Source: Felis catus (lineage: Eukaryota). Taken from it: a DNA stretch of 64,000 nt. A program made the position numbers and the translations under genes. The stretch lies in NCBI RefSeq assembly GCF_018350175.1, contig NC_058383.1, positions 5,892,001-5,956,000 on the forward strand, in the 5' to 3' direction. The notes beneath the pieces are model-generated. The model ran no database searches. It saw only the letters and a list, made by a program, of their open reading frames with translations, and was not told where the DNA came from. Positions 25,490 to 39,078 of the stretch are shown here, one piece after another (within the stretch, counting starts at the first letter, position 1; each line of letters begins with the position of its first letter).

Positions 25490-27450
25490 ATTATTTATTT
25501 ATATCAATATGGATTCATGGATTCAATAGGTTATAATCCTTTGCCATTACCATTTATTCTGATGCTCAGCTTGCCCCCTGTTTTGCCACCAGAACACCTT
25601 CAAGCTGGCTACTGTGTCCTTTTGACGTATATTGGTAATTCCTGGAGCATTTCTTTACTATTGTTTTCTTTCCTTCTTGGCACATGATAGCCCAGGCTTA
25701 TCTTACATTTTTCCTTTCCAGACTGGGGCCAGACATTGTTCCAAAGAGCCCTGGTTTCTTGGTGGAGAATAGTACTTAGAAACCAAGATCTGGGCACGAG
25801 GTGTGTTCATTGTTGGTGGGGTGTCAGTGCTTCTCTCAGCAAACAGAACTGAGATTTACAGAAATCTGAATCATCATATGTATGTACATACATGCATGCA
25901 TACACATACATGCCCTCACAATCTACATCCATTTCTATATTTAACTGGACTAAAACCTACAAGTTTACACCAATACCTCCCATTTCAACATAATGCTAGA
26001 GGGTCCATTCTATGATTCTCTCTTTCCATATTTGTAACTCCTTTTTCTGATGGTAATAAACCTGATATCCATTATCCACAATAAATGTACTTATTAGCTC
26101 AATCCTAGAATATTCAGAAAGTAATTTCAGAATTGCTAGCTCATGCCTCTGAGAAAATGAAGCCTACTAATTAGAGTTCAATATTTATTTAGTGGGTTTT
26201 GTTTTTGTTTTTGTTTTTGTTTTTAGCCCAAGAGTATTGAGTCCAAATACTGTGTTCAAAAGTTAATTGGGTTAGTTCTTTTTCCTCCATTTCAGTGTGG
26301 TCACGTTATTCATTTGAGTTATGGTTCAGTTTGTTTTTGTTTGTATTCAGTTTTGAAATTCTTCCCCCATCCTTGCAGATTTTCTTCCTTCCTTCCTTGC
26401 TTTCTTCCTTTTTAAATTCTTTCTTTCTGTGTGAAATATTAAGGTGGTTCCAAAGCTAGGGATTGAACAAAAAGTTATATTTGAAAAAGTGTCATTCTCC
26501 CTCTCATTCCCTCTATCCTTTTCTGTCCATTTCCAATCATATCCTGTAGGTAACCAATCTCGTTAGTTTCTAGTTTATAGTATTTCTCTTTGGTCAAATG
26601 AGTAGATAGAAAGATACATATTTCCTAATTTCCTCTCTTCTTTTCACAAAAGACAGCATACTGTAGATGATTTTACATGCTTTACTTTTTTTTCACTTAA
26701 CGTACATCCTAGAAATCATGCTCAATCAATGATTAGAGATCTTCTTCATTTTTTACAGTTGCATAGTACTCCATTGTGTGACTGTACCAGTTTATTCCAT
26801 CACTCTGCTGAGTGTGTATAACTAGGTTGTTTCTAGTATTTTCTATCGTTGGAGTGTATCTCCAGAGAAAATCCTCAGAAGTGGAATTGCTGGGTCAAAA
26901 GGTAAAAGCATATGTGGTTTTGTTAGCTAGACAAATTCCCTTTATGAGGGTTGTAACGATTTGCACTCACATCAGTAATCTGTAAGAGAGCCTATTTCCC
27001 TGCAGTCACGCCAACACTGTGTGTTGTAATGCTTCCTAATTTCTGTCAATCCAATGACGAGAAATGGTATCTCTATGTAGTTTTCATTTGCATTTCTCTC
27101 ATCATGAATAAGGCTGAACATATCTTTATACATATAAGGACCATTTTTGTATCTTTTTCTGTGAATTGTTGATTCATGCTTTTGCCCATTTTTATTTCAT
27201 GGTTTTTAAATATTCCCCCATTTAAAAATAGTTGTTTATATAATACATATATTAACTCATTACCTGTGATGTATGTTGAAATGATTTTCCAAGGTTGTTA
27301 GCTGCCTTTTAACTTTATATATATGAGGAAGTCTTTTTTAATGTAATTTAATTTACTAATTTTTCTTTTATCGCATTGAGGTTCTGAGTCACAGTTAAAA
27401 GCCTTTCCCTACATCCAGGTTCAAGAGGAGTCCATCCATGTTTTTTTTTT
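25490..27450 (-). mobile_element. Old L1M (L1MC/ME-like) fragments, mostly antisense
   Basis: agaagtggaattgctgggtcaaaaggt, gaaatggtatctc..tagttttcatttgcatttct and related motifs; strongly decayed. Confidence 0.7.
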
Positions 27451-27579
27451 TAATTTTAATTTTTACAATTTAATACATGTTTATTTATATAATTACTAAT
27501 TTACTGGATACTTATGCATGTTTTATTTTAGTCCTTGTAGGATTTTATTTACATAAATTTAGATTTATATAGCTTTTTA

Positions 27580-28340
27580 ATTTTTTTAAAAAATTGAATT
27601 TTAATTACAGTACAGTTAGCTAACGTACAGTGTTGTTAGTTTCAGGTGTACAATATAGTGATTCAGCACTTCTATACATCAGTCAGTGCTCATCATAATA
27701 AGTGTACCTTAATCTCCTTCACTCACTCCCCCCCCCCCCCCACTTCCCTCCGGTAAACCAGCAGTTTGTTCTTCACAGTCTCTTTCTTGGCTTGTCTCTT
27801 TTTTTCTTTGTTCATTCATTTTGTTTCTTAAATTCCACATATGAATGAAATCATATGGTACTTATCTTTCTCTGACTAACTTATTTCACTTAGCATTATA
27901 TTCTCTAGCTCCATCCATGTTGTTGCAAATGGCAAGATTTCATTCTTTTTTATGGTCAAGTAATATTCCATTATATATATATATATATATATATCATATA
28001 ATATAATCACATCATATACTACACATACACACACACACACCACATCTTCTTTACCCATTTGTCAATTGATGGACATTTGGGCTGCTTCCATAATTTGGTT
28101 ACTGTAAATAATGCTTCAATTTACATAGGGGTGCATGTATCTTTTCAAATTAGTGCTTTTGTAATTTGGGGGGTAAATACCCAGGAGTGGAATTATTGGA
28201 TCCTATGGTAGTTCTATTTTTAATTTTTTGAGGAATCTCCATACTGTTTTCCACAGTGGCTGCACTGTTTGCATTCCTACCAACAGTGCACAAGGGTTCC
28301 TTTTTCTTTCTCTAAATCCTTTCCAACATTTGTTGTTTCT
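27580..28340 (-). mobile_element. Carnivore L1 3' end (antisense)
   Basis: ORF 27876-28058(-) ..MEYYLTIKKNEILPFATTWMELENIMLSEIS is the L1 ORF2 C-terminus; flanked by the repeat ATAGCTTTTTA. Confidence 0.9.
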
Positions 28341-28409
28341 TGAGGTGTAGATAGCTTTTTAGATAGTCGATCCAGGGGGAGTTTATTCTTGTATATGATA
28401 CGAAGTAGG

Positions 28410-28676
28410 AGGGATCTACTTTTATTTTTATCTTTAAAAACATTTATTTTTAATATTTTTTAAACATTTATTAATGTTTATTTTGAGAGAGTGAGAGAGA
28501 GAGTGCGCATGGACACAAGTCTGAGACAGGAAGAGAGAGAGGGAGAGAATCCTAAGCAGGCTCCACGCTATAAGCACAGAGCTCCACTCAGGGCTCGGTC
28601 TCACCAACCATGAGATCATGACCTGAGCTGAAATCAAGAGTTGGACGCTCAACTGACTGAGACACCCAGGCACGCC
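28410..28676 (-). mobile_element. Older CAN-SINE
   Basis: gagaatcctaagcaggctcc...gagatcatgacctgagctgaaatcaagagttggacgctc. Confidence 0.88.
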
Positions 28677-28950
28677 ATCTATTTTTTCAAAACAGGCATG
28701 TGAACTGTATCCTTGAGGACACCCGTAACTTGCTTACTCGGGTGCATCCTACATTTAAGTCCAATGTCAAAGTCCATGCCGGGGGTGGTAGCTGCTCCCT
28801 TGCTTCATTAAAGATTCTGTCTCCTCTCCCTCATGTTTTGTTATTCTTGTTTTTTGTGGGTTTTAAGTAAAAAGGGTAGGGTAAAACTTATCTTGACTCT
28901 GCTATCTTTAACTGGAAGTCTGCTAAAATATATTTATTTTTATTTTTAAA

Positions 28951-29280
28951 AAAAAATTGTTTTAACGTTTATTTATTTTTGAGACAGAGAGAGACAGAGC
29001 ATGAACAGGGGAGGGGCAGAGAGAGAGGGAGACACAGAATCTGAAGCAGGCTTCAGGTTCCAAGCTGTCAGCACAAAGCCCGACGCGGGGCTCGAACTCA
29101 CGGACCGTGAGATCATGACCTGAGCCAAAGTCGGAGGCTTAACCGACCAAGCCACTCAGGCGCCCCTATTTTTTAAAGATTTTACTTTTTAAAGTAATCT
29201 CTATACCCAATGTGGGGCTCGAACCTACAACCATGAGATCAAGAGTCACATGATCCAACAACTGAGCCAGCCAGGCGCCC
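28951..29280 (-). mobile_element. Tandem CAN-SINEs: full feline copy (28951-29166) in the tail of a short old copy (29167-29280)
   Basis: Two ggggcgcctg heads; outer TSD CTG(C/T)TAAAAT(A/G)TATTT at 28920-28935 and 29281-29296. Confidence 0.88.
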
Positions 29281-30615
29281 CTGTTAAAATGTATTTTTAA
29301 CTATGACATTTTAGCTTTACTAAAAATAATTAAAAGTACAGTTTGAATTTTTATAAAAAGTAGTTCAGTTGACTGGGAGTGGGAAAGATGCCTCCTGGAT
29401 TAACAGGGAGAGTGTTAAGTATAAATGAAAGCATTAGGGTTGGGTAAGGCAGCTAAATTTATAGTAAAAACAGGTTTCAGGGAGTTCAAAACCTATGAAA
29501 GTATGGAAAATTGTAGGTTTCCTCCTACAATCCTCCAACTGGCTGAGTTAGATTGTGCCATTCTTCTCAAATTTGCAATATAACCAGACGGTGGGGACAG
29601 CAAATCGTCACTGAGCAAAGTATGTGCATTTTCTTAAATTATGCTCTGAATTATAGATCCTCCTTCCAAAGGCAAACCATACAATTATTAGCAAGATTCC
29701 TATTAGCTAATTGACTATTTTAATAAAACCTTCTGTTTTAATAGAAATAACATAATTAAGTGGAAAAGCATCCTAAACTTTTGCTCATTATTTGTATACT
29801 TCTTATTCAGAAAGTCTGGCCACTGGGACCATCTCTCTAGCTTAAGTGCCATTATTAACCTGCTGTGAGTTACTCAAATTTCAGCTAGGAAACCTAGAAA
29901 GAAAGAAATAGCTTCTCTGTGTAAATTCTGTCAAACCTAACCTATAGCATGGCCAGTATCAGTCACTAAATCTTAATCTCTAAGACTTTACTGAGGATTA
30001 TTTTGTCAGATCAGATGTGTGGTGAGGCAGCCAGGTAACTTGGGAGTGGTTGGCACGTGTGGGCTAGGAAGAAGTCACACTGAAAACAAGCAAATCCTTC
30101 TTTATAACTTTGCTCAGTGCAGGCCTTCTCCCAATATCCAAAGGGACTACAATTTGTAACCAAAAAACTGGCCATGCATCTTCTTCAAGAAGGGGTTGCC
30201 ATGAACATTGGGTCAAGAGTGCGGGTGAACTTGGCTTGTCATCCTGCCTTTACTCTTCAGCTAAAGAAGGAAGTAGGTCAGGGAAGAGCATGTGGAAAAA
30301 AAGATCAAGTGTTCTCATTTTTATTTTCAAGTTCAAGCTGTTTTAGGGTCATCATCCAACCTTTGCAGAGTCTTCCCATAAAGTAGAGAGGCCCTAAATT
30401 AGCTGAGCAACTGCAGTTTCCAGATAGAGGAGAGGTCGTCACCTGGTAACTGGTCCCATCTTCCAGCCCACTGCATGACCTCATGGACCAGGGGTCCCCT
30501 GAGTTGTCTCTTTACCACTCACTTGGCAAATGCCTATTGTCTACTCCGTGTACTTTGCAATGTATTAAGTGCCACGAGCCTGTGAAAACAGTTGAGGGGA
30601 TTTTTGCAATGTTTC

Positions 30616-31041
30616 TGTATTAGTCTGCTCTAGCTATCGTAACAAAACAGTACAAACTAAGTGGCTTAAATGACAGAAAATTGTTTTCTGACAGTTCCAG
30701 AAGCTGAGTCTAAGATCAAGGTGCTTAGTTTCTGGTTAGAGCTAGTTAGAGTTAGCTTAGAGCTAGTTTCTGGTTGAGGCCTTTCCTTCCTTGCTTGTAG
30801 ACTGTCACCTTCTTCCTGTGTCCCCACATGCCCTATTTTCTGTGCCCATGTGGAAAGAGAAAGATCTATGGTGTCTCTTCCTCTTCTTATAAAGATATCA
30901 GTCCCATCAGATGAAGGTCCTACCCTTATGACCTCATTTAACCTTAATTACCTCCCTCAAGGCCCAATCTCCAAATGGTCACATTTGGGGGTTAGGGCTT
31001 CAGCAAATGAATTTGGGGGGGACACAATTCAATCCCTAACA
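30616..31041. mobile_element. Complete MaLR solo LTR (MLT1B/C-like)
   Basis: TG...CA termini (tgtattagtctgct ... ggggacacaattcaatccctaaca), flanked by 5-bp GTTTC/GTTTA. Confidence 0.85.
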
Positions 31042-31770
31042 GTTTATTTCTGGAATTTTTAGATTTTTTTTTTTTTTTTAAGTTTGAATCACAGATACTT
31101 TTGGTCTATGGGAGATTTTACCTAACGTATTATATACATTCACCCTTACCTAAAGTATGTGGGTTGACTGGGAAAACTGGATCAAGGACTCTTACTCCCA
31201 AATACCTGGGTGTTAACAATGAGATGGATCCACACAGTAATCACATCTACAGGGCCGCTCGTAAACTTGTAGGGTGGAGAGTCATCTCAACAGTCCTGCC
31301 AGAGATCACCCATATGCTCCTAGCATGGTGCCTTGCACACAGTGGTCACTCCATCCAAACGGGCTGAGTGAATAAATGAACAAATGAGTGAGTGACCCAT
31401 GATGACTTCCACCGAATCTTGGAAATGCCAAATATATGGGATTTTAATAAAAGGAGGCCTGCTCTTTCCCTTCTGTGTGTCATTTACACCGTTCTGAGTT
31501 TGAACCTTGAACATCTTGTCTTTAGCTCTGGGTTTACTTCATGTGCTTTAGGAAGGGTAGGGCTCCCTCCAAGTCTTTGTGAAGTGAGCCTTGGATAAAC
31601 GGTAGAGGTGTGAAAAGCACCTGTCTAAGAAGATCTGTAAGACGTCTCCTGTGGGTCTTTAATCTGTTTCTTCCAGGGAGTGTGGCTCTGGCAGTTCACG
31701 GAGGTTCAATCAAATGCAGACAGGTGGGAATGGATTTCCTTCTCCACACAGCTGGCTAGATGGTGAGTCT

Positions 31771-31935
31771 CTTTCTTTTCTTTCCCTTTCCTTTCCTTCC
31801 CTTTTCTTTTCCTTTCCTTTCCTTTCTCTTTCCTTTCCTTTTCTCTTTTCCTTTCCTTTTCTCTTTTCCTTTCCTTTTCTCTTTCCTTTCCTTTCCTTTC
31901 CTTTTTTTTCCTTTTCTTTTTTTTCTTTTCCTTTT
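31771..31935. repeat. Polypyrimidine repeat (CCTTT/CTTTT units with a higher-order ~18-nt unit)
   Basis: Read directly; ctcttttcctttcctttt is repeated about three times. Confidence 0.95.
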
Positions 31936-34619
31936 GCTTTGCAGTGCTCACAAACTTATTTTGAGCTCTAAGATGACCGGGACTCCAAAGGATAAGACTA
32001 ATGCTGTTTGATAATCAAGGGGAAGACGATTTTAAAAATCTTTTTAAGGATTCTGCCAGCTTAACTTTAAACTACGTATGAGCTGCACTGCATAGGGAAA
32101 ATGTTCAGCCTAGGTCTACTTCACGATGATTATGTTAACGATAAAGTATTTCATAATTTTTTATCTATTTGGGATAAATTAAGCAAATTAAGTCTACCTT
32201 GCAAAACCTGAATTGGAATAAAGCTATTAGAGTAGGATTCCTACTCTAGCAAAACTATATAATTAAATGTAGAAGACTTAATAAATATTTGATAAACTCA
32301 ATTCGACTTAACATCCACTGAGTGCCTACTATATATGTATGAGGCATAATGCTCAATGCTATAAGGTTTGCAAGAAAAAAATAATTTCTCAAGTAGCCTT
32401 GGCTTCCTAAGTATTTTATGTCACAATAATGTGACAACATATAGTGTCTTTTTACAAATCAGCTTATGCATTGCATCTTTAAGCACTCAGCTTCCCCTAT
32501 TACACAATTTTAATCCTACTTTACCTCAGAGGAGTTCTGTGAAAATGAACAATTATAAAAAGTTCTGACCTTAAGAATCCCTTGTAAAACGCTACAGCTT
32601 AAATAATCCTGTTAAAAACATTAATTTAAACAGAGTATTCTCGCTGAGAGCCAAAACAAAGGAAAGAAATTCATTTACGGACTTCTCTGCCAGGGGTACA
32701 CAGACACACTGTCATTTGCTGATCTAATTCTCTCTTCGGCTTGCAATGTTTTCCCTAAGCTCACACGAAGAAATCTACCAAGAGAGAAGAGAGTTCTCTC
32801 ACCTACAAAACTCAATCTGGATTCAAGAGCCGATGGATAACACTAGTTCCTCTCAAAAAGGCTCTTATTACTGAATGGATTTTTTTCCCCACCCCCTTCC
32901 TGCACTCACCAGAAGGCTCCATAGAAAGTCTCCATAATTTGCTCCTTTGTGTTTCTCATTAGGGCCTGAGAGGAACCCTATTGAGCTTCCCTGACATTAT
33001 CTCGGTCCACCTGATGCCTGGGTGTTTTGAAATGTCATATTGTTTGAGGGATAATACCAGCCCTGATTGTGTCAGTCACAGAGCTGGGCATGGAATAAGT
33101 AAGTGAAGGGGGACCACAAGGAAGAAAGTCAAGGTCATTCACACATGTCGAAGGAACTGGGCCCTCTTTACTCTCTGGGACATTTGGGAGCCAAACTGGC
33201 ACTGGCCGTGCAATCCCAGGGTGAACTCCACGTATGCACTTGGCAGCTGGCTTCTTGGTCCCAGTAAGAAGTAAGTTTGAACCCCTTCATCACAAAGAGG
33301 GGGAATCAGGGGCAGTGAAGCCTTGTAACTATGACAACCACAAACAGCGAAAGAGAGCAGTGAGCTGGATCTGTCAAGGTAGACGCTTAGCGCAGTCAAG
33401 GCTGATCTGCTCCCAGGGGAATAGGTTTGCAGCCACAGGCAAGTCCCACTTGCCCCAGTGTGGGTGACTGCAATGGTAGACCCTGCCAAAAAGTACAGGT
33501 CCTTGCTTCTGCTGGCTGCTGATGTTTCCCTCCCCTCACGGGCGTGCCGACCATCCCTCCCAGTCTGTGAATGCGAGCGGAACATGGCACCCGCTTCCTC
33601 CTTCCCTGTGAAAACGCATCAGTGCTGCACCCTCCTTGGCTCTGTGGGGTGGGCAGTAGTGGGCAAGGCCAGCCAAGTGTCCATGATCCCAGGGCACTAA
33701 GAACACGCAGGGCCAGCAAACCACTCTGGTTGCCTCGCTTACTCTGCCCTCCTAGGCCCTCGAATCTCCTTAGGGAGTTCCTGGGGGGAAATAAACACCA
33801 TTGGCATGGGCCTCAGAGATAATTTCATCCAGATCTGCAATCTCAACAGCCTGCTGAGATATGTGCCAGGTGAGTGTGTAAACATGTAAATCAGGCTTAA
33901 GACAATAAGGAGTTGTGGGGCCAGTGTCTCAACTGGCCATCTTAAAGGAATGCAAATTTAATACAATGAAAAACCAAATCGAAACGAAACAGAACATGCA
34001 GCCTAAATAAAACACATCTGTGGGCTTCAAGGGTCCCACAGGCCACTAATGTGCAATTCCTGATCTGGTCTATGCCCTCTTTTTATGGATGCAGAGACCG
34101 ACCGAGTCCCAGGGGGGAAAAGTTACTTGTTCCTGGGTAGGGCTAGAACCCAAGTTACCTAAATTTCCACCTATAGCTGGTGACCTCATAAAGCCTGCCT
34201 CATTATGTGTTGGGGGCTCAGCAATGGAAATTGCTAGACTTCTAAGTCCCAAACCTTTGGATGTATGGATACCAAGCCCCACCTGACCAGGACTGCCTGG
34301 GGAAGGCTGAGCCGCCCATTGTGGACAGGGTTCCCAGACAGACCTCACGGCCTCTGTGGCTCAGCTTCTATATCTAGAACCTGGAGACGAGCTTCCCAAT
34401 TTGGCCACCTTTTATCACGAGAGGTTCCTTAACCATTGAGCTTCCTTGTCTGGGGGATGGTGGTCCTACAGAAAAGGCTGCCGTGAGGAAGTAATGAGCT
34501 GCTCATGGAAAGCCCTGAGAAGAGCGCCTGATGCAGAGTAATTGCTCTTTAAGCGTCTGTTAACATTGTGGGGCTGTTGTATAGGTGTTATTACTGTTTG
34601 ATGTAGCCTACAACACCGT

Positions 34620-35117
34620 TGGCAGATGAGTGAATGAAGATGTGGTGTCTCTCTCTCTCCACACACACACACACACACGCACACACGCACGCACGCATGC
34701 AATGGAATATTATTCAGCCATAAAAAGGAATGAAATCTTGCCATTTGCAACATCATGGATGGATCTAGAGAGTACAATGCTGGGTGAAATAAATCAGAGA
34801 AAGACAAATACCATATGATTTTGCTCATATGTGGAATTTAACAAACAAAATAAATGAGCAAAGGAAAAGAGAGAGAGAGAGAGAGAGACCAACCAAGAAA
34901 TAGACTCTTAACTCTGGAGGACAAACTGGTGGTTACCAGAGGGGAGGTGGGTGAGTGAAATACGTGACAGGGATTAAGTGTATAAGAGGACACTTATCAC
35001 GATGAGCACTGAGGAATATATAGAATTGTTAAATTGCTATATTGTACACCTGAAACTAATATAACACTGTACATTAACTATGGTGGAGTTAACATTGAAA
35101 AATTAAAAAAAAAATAA
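34620..35117 (+). mobile_element. 5'-truncated carnivore L1 3' end
   Basis: ORF 34630-34818 ..MEYYSAIKRNEILPFATSWMDLESTMLGEINQ; 3' UTR and A-tail at ~35098-35117. Confidence 0.9.
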
Positions 35118-36270
35118 AATGCCATTGGTAAAATTAAACGTTACCCAAAAGCCTAACTAATAGGAAATGACTCAACAGAAGTTTAGTATGTGATTCACAC
35201 AGCACACCAAGGAAAATTACAAGGAGAGAAATTACACGGCCCAGCCTGGAAAATAGAATAATGAAAACCAAGCAGCGATGCTATCCAGGGTAAACCTTTT
35301 CACCAGCCAGGAAGATAAGAATTAAGCAAATTTGTTCTCAAGAAAGATATGGCAGAGAGCTTTCTCTGAAAAAGAAAAATGGAACAATCTGCTTACTAAG
35401 TTCTCTCAGGAAAGAAAATTTCCTAAGTAAATACTTCGTATTCAGAATGATCATGAGCCACAAAAGGCATTTTCCTCAAGCGAACTGAGATAGAGTTTCT
35501 TGTAAATTAAAAACTTTCCAAAAAAAAACAAAAAAAGGGGAGAGTGGAGGCCAATTCATCGGGAGCTATTCAAATGAGCACACCTTCCCAGCCACTTGAA
35601 GCTGTTGGCCTTCAGCAGAGTTTCTGCGTGCGGGAAGCAAACTGAGGAGTGTCCCCTTCGGAGCCTTTCCTCCTCACCCACCTCAGCCCCGCAGACATTT
35701 CTGCCTCACTTGATGTGCAACACTGCTTTCTCCAAGCTTCTGAGATCAGCCCTCACGGCACGTTGTCGCCTTCCCCAGGGGTCAAATGCAGTGTATGGAT
35801 ATAGAAGCCCTTCCACATCAACAAACTCTCTCGTGTGCAATCTTGGGCCCCTCTCCCTGGGTGGTCCAGGGCCCCGGAATCCAGTCCCTATGTACCTTCT
35901 CCTGAGGACAGTCACCTTCAGTCATCAGCAGGCCTTGCTCTTCCCCAGCTGGACTGGGTTAAGACTCGACCCCTGGTTTTGGTCTGGTGTAGGGAGGGGA
36001 GGCAGGGGCACATCCCGAGAGGGGTACACATTCATTGCCTCGAGAGGCAACAATACCTGCATGGTCTTCCGGTCCTCTTCTAGCTGGGGGAGGGAGGGCA
36101 CCACGGCAGGGTCTCGAGGTTTCAAGAGATCTGGGGCTTCAAGGTTCCCAACTGCATCTCCCAGAATGACCCCATCTCCATCCTCAGGGTGCCTCCTTCC
36201 CAACACAGGTCCTGAGTGGACCCGGCAGACTTGCTGGGGTTGAGAATGCAATGCTTTCTGGGGGACTGGA

Positions 36271-36372
36271 GGCTTCATGCCCTGCGTGGGGCTCAAACTC
36301 ATGGCCCTGGGATCAAGACCCGAGCCGAGATCAAGAGTTGGACACTCAACTGACTGAGCCACCCAGGCGCCT
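36271..36372 (-). mobile_element. Short/truncated CAN-SINE
   Basis: ggggctcaaactc...gagatcaagagttggacactcaactgactgagccacccaggcgcc. Confidence 0.85.
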
Positions 36373-36979
36373 CCCCCCCCCACCACCACTCTGCTTTTCA
36401 TAGTCTTTTGCCAAGGTGTCAACGGAACTCATTAAAAAGCATCTCACCTTATTGGGAACATTCATTTCATTATAATATTAGTTTAGGCCCTTAACCTCTC
36501 AAGGGCTGGAGACATTGGCTTTGCCGGGACTCCTCCCCCAATCCCAGCCCCACTTTCCTTCATGAAAGTCTTCCAGTTTTACCACTCTGTGTGGAGGGAT
36601 GCAGGAGGAAGGAGCTGAGCCGCAATATGGTTGAAACAGAGGCCTCAGCATGTTCCACAGGAGCTCTGGAGCCGGACCGCCCTGCCTGGAGACAACAAGG
36701 CCTGAAACCTGAAACTGTCCCATTGCCCAATCATTGGATGTGGCTGCCCTGGTGAGCAGTGGGCCATGGACAGTTCCCAGGGAGGGACTCAGCTGAGAAC
36801 AGGGATGGTCGCCTGCCCAAGCAGCTGAGGGACAAGTGCCCTGGCCCGGGGGGGCCGAGAGGTGCATACGTTGGAGGTATACACGTGGCACACCCTTCTT
36901 TTGTTCATGCAGATGATGTTGCCTCATCACCTCCTTCCTCCCTGGGCCCCTCCACCTGCAGCCAGGGATCTCTCCAAAA

Positions 36980-37575
36980 CGCAAATCCAATCACACGATG
37001 GCTGACCTGCCTAAAACCCTATCACGGTCTCCCGATGCCCTGAGAATAACATTCAGTTGCCTTAACATGGCTCAGAAAATTTTGCATGGTCTGACCTCTG
37101 CTTATCTTTGTGGTCTCATTTTTCAACACTCCTCTTGAATGTCTTGCTTCTGACCACAGGAAGACCATTTAATTTCATCGCCATGCCAGGCCTGTGCACG
37201 TGTGCGTGCATGTCCGGGGTGGGGCAAGTGAGGGGTGTCTGGAGGGTACTCTTTCTGCGCTCGCCTCCTCCCTTCCCGTGACCACTCCCTCAAGCACCTC
37301 TGACTTGCTCATTCCTCCTTATCCTTCACTCCTTACCACTCAGCTCCTCTGAGAAGCCTTCCCTGATCCCCCAGTGTAAGGAAGGTGTTTCTCCTCTGTG
37401 TTTTCATACTTCCTGTACTTCTCCTGCAACCATGCTGTTCGTCCTATGTTTTAATTGTTTGCTATTCAGTCTCCCTGAAACAACAATGACCGTGGCTATC
37501 TTATTCACTGTTGTATTTCTAGCTCCTTGCAGGGTGCCTGGTGCACAGTCTCCTAAACGAATGAATACATATGTG
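36980..37575 (+). mobile_element. L2 3' fragments
   Basis: cctctgagaagccttccctga and ttattcactgttgtatttctagctcct..gtgcctggtgcacag..aatgaat. Confidence 0.65.
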
Positions 37576-38682
37576 GTGGCTGGAGAGGGGAGCAGAAAGA
37601 GGCATAGTCTGACCATTCAACAGAAAGAAAAGACGGAAATTAACCACTGAAGGTAATTATTACCACTTTTGGTCAAACAGGCTCAGAAAGAGAACGGAAC
37701 TAGTTCTTAGTGCAGATTCTCTCTGAGCACAGAAGCCAGTGGGATCTATCAAGCAGGTGAGGAAGGTGAACTCACCCAGTGAAAACGGGATTCAACACTG
37801 ACCTTTACAGAAGAGCTTGGTGCCATTCTGGATGCAGGAACCCGGGGCGGGAGCGGGAAGGCCAGAGATCTGGAGGGAATCTCAAAGAAAGCCAACTAAG
37901 CAGTCAGGGAGTCAAAGTGATTCCTGCAGAAAGACAGAGGCACCGGACAGGTTAGGACCCTGGCTTAGAAGGTTTAGGCCAAACGGCACAGGCTGAAGTC
38001 TCCAAAATAATACAGGATATGAACACAGACTAATGTGTGGAGGCTGAAACACTGGAATCAGAGGCATCCTGGTACATGACATCAACATAAGGAATGTAAA
38101 AATACTTTCTGTGGCAGGAAGCAGATATACAGACTCCACTTCCAAGAAGTAACGGAGGCAAAAATGGGCATATCCCTCACTTGGAGAAGGCCTGGATAGA
38201 GACATCACTGCCTCACTTCTCCAACAAAGTGGGAGGCATGGGCCCGAAGGATCGCCCTTCTCTCACTGGATCTGTTCCTCATGATGCCCCACACAGTCAG
38301 GGTTGCATCCACAGTAGGCATCTCACTGGTGGTTGTTAACAAGTCCTTCAGTTATGAAAAATACATAAATAATTTGGCAAAGCACCTTGGCTTTTAGTAG
38401 GAAAAAAAAAAATAAACTCAAAGTACAGTCCTTTAGAGCACAGAACCTCTCCTGAATGTAACACAGCCTCTCTAGACAGCCATTTATCGTTTTGTGCCCC
38501 AGTTTCCTTCTCTGTAAAGCTGGATTGTTACAAGGATTAAATAACTGAATATATGTAATAATGCAATCTTGGCTGGCCATTTACCTCTCTGGCTTCATTG
38601 GTAAGAAAGAAAATGTAATACCCCACACAGGGTTGTTATGGATATCAGATGACAAAGCACCTAAGAAATCTCTGCATGTGTT

Positions 38683-38893
38683 CAAAAAATTTTTTTAACG
38701 TTCATTTATTTTTAGGGGGTGGGGAGCGTGAGTGGGGGAGGGGTAGAGACAGAGGGAGACACAGAATCTGAAGCAGGCTCCAGCCTCTGAGCTGTCAGCA
38801 CAGAGCCCAGTAAGGGGCTGAAACCCACAAGCCGTGAAATTATGACCTGAGCCGAAGTCAGACGCTTACCAGACTGAGCCACCCAGGTGTCCC
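38683..38893 (-). mobile_element. Feline CAN-SINE
   Basis: TSD TCTCTGCAT(G/A)TGTT at 38669-38682 and 38894-38907. Confidence 0.9.
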
Positions 38894-38931
38894 TCTCTGC
38901 ATATGTTTTAAAGTGCTGCCTGTGAGTTAGA

Positions 38932-38933
<2 letters not shown>

Positions 38934-38984
<51 letters not shown>

Positions 38985-38994
38985 TGTGTGTGTG
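38934..38994. repeat. Interrupted (TG)n microsatellite
   Basis: Read directly. Confidence 0.97.
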
Positions 38995-39042
38995 TTCCTT
39001 TAAGCAGTTTCTGTTGTATGTGTCTTTTAAGAATAATCTCTT

Positions 39043-39078
39043 ATCGCTTCTCGGCCTTTTGGCTAAGATCAAGTGTAG
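39043..39078 (+). pseudogene. 3'-truncated U2 snRNA retropseudogene (U2 nt 1-36)
   Basis: ATCGCTTCTCGGCCTTTTGGCTAAGATCAAGTGTAG matches the U2 5' end and is flanked by the direct repeat AGAATAATCTCTT (39030-39042 and 39077-39089). Confidence 0.93.

Noticed and set aside
35596..36422. Protein-looking ORFs (215 aa +, 165 aa -, 69 aa -) as a gene or processed pseudogene
   Set aside because: No homology I can recognise. The minus ORF starts through a SINE, and there is no convincing splice structure or TSD. A BLASTX/Dfam search would settle it.
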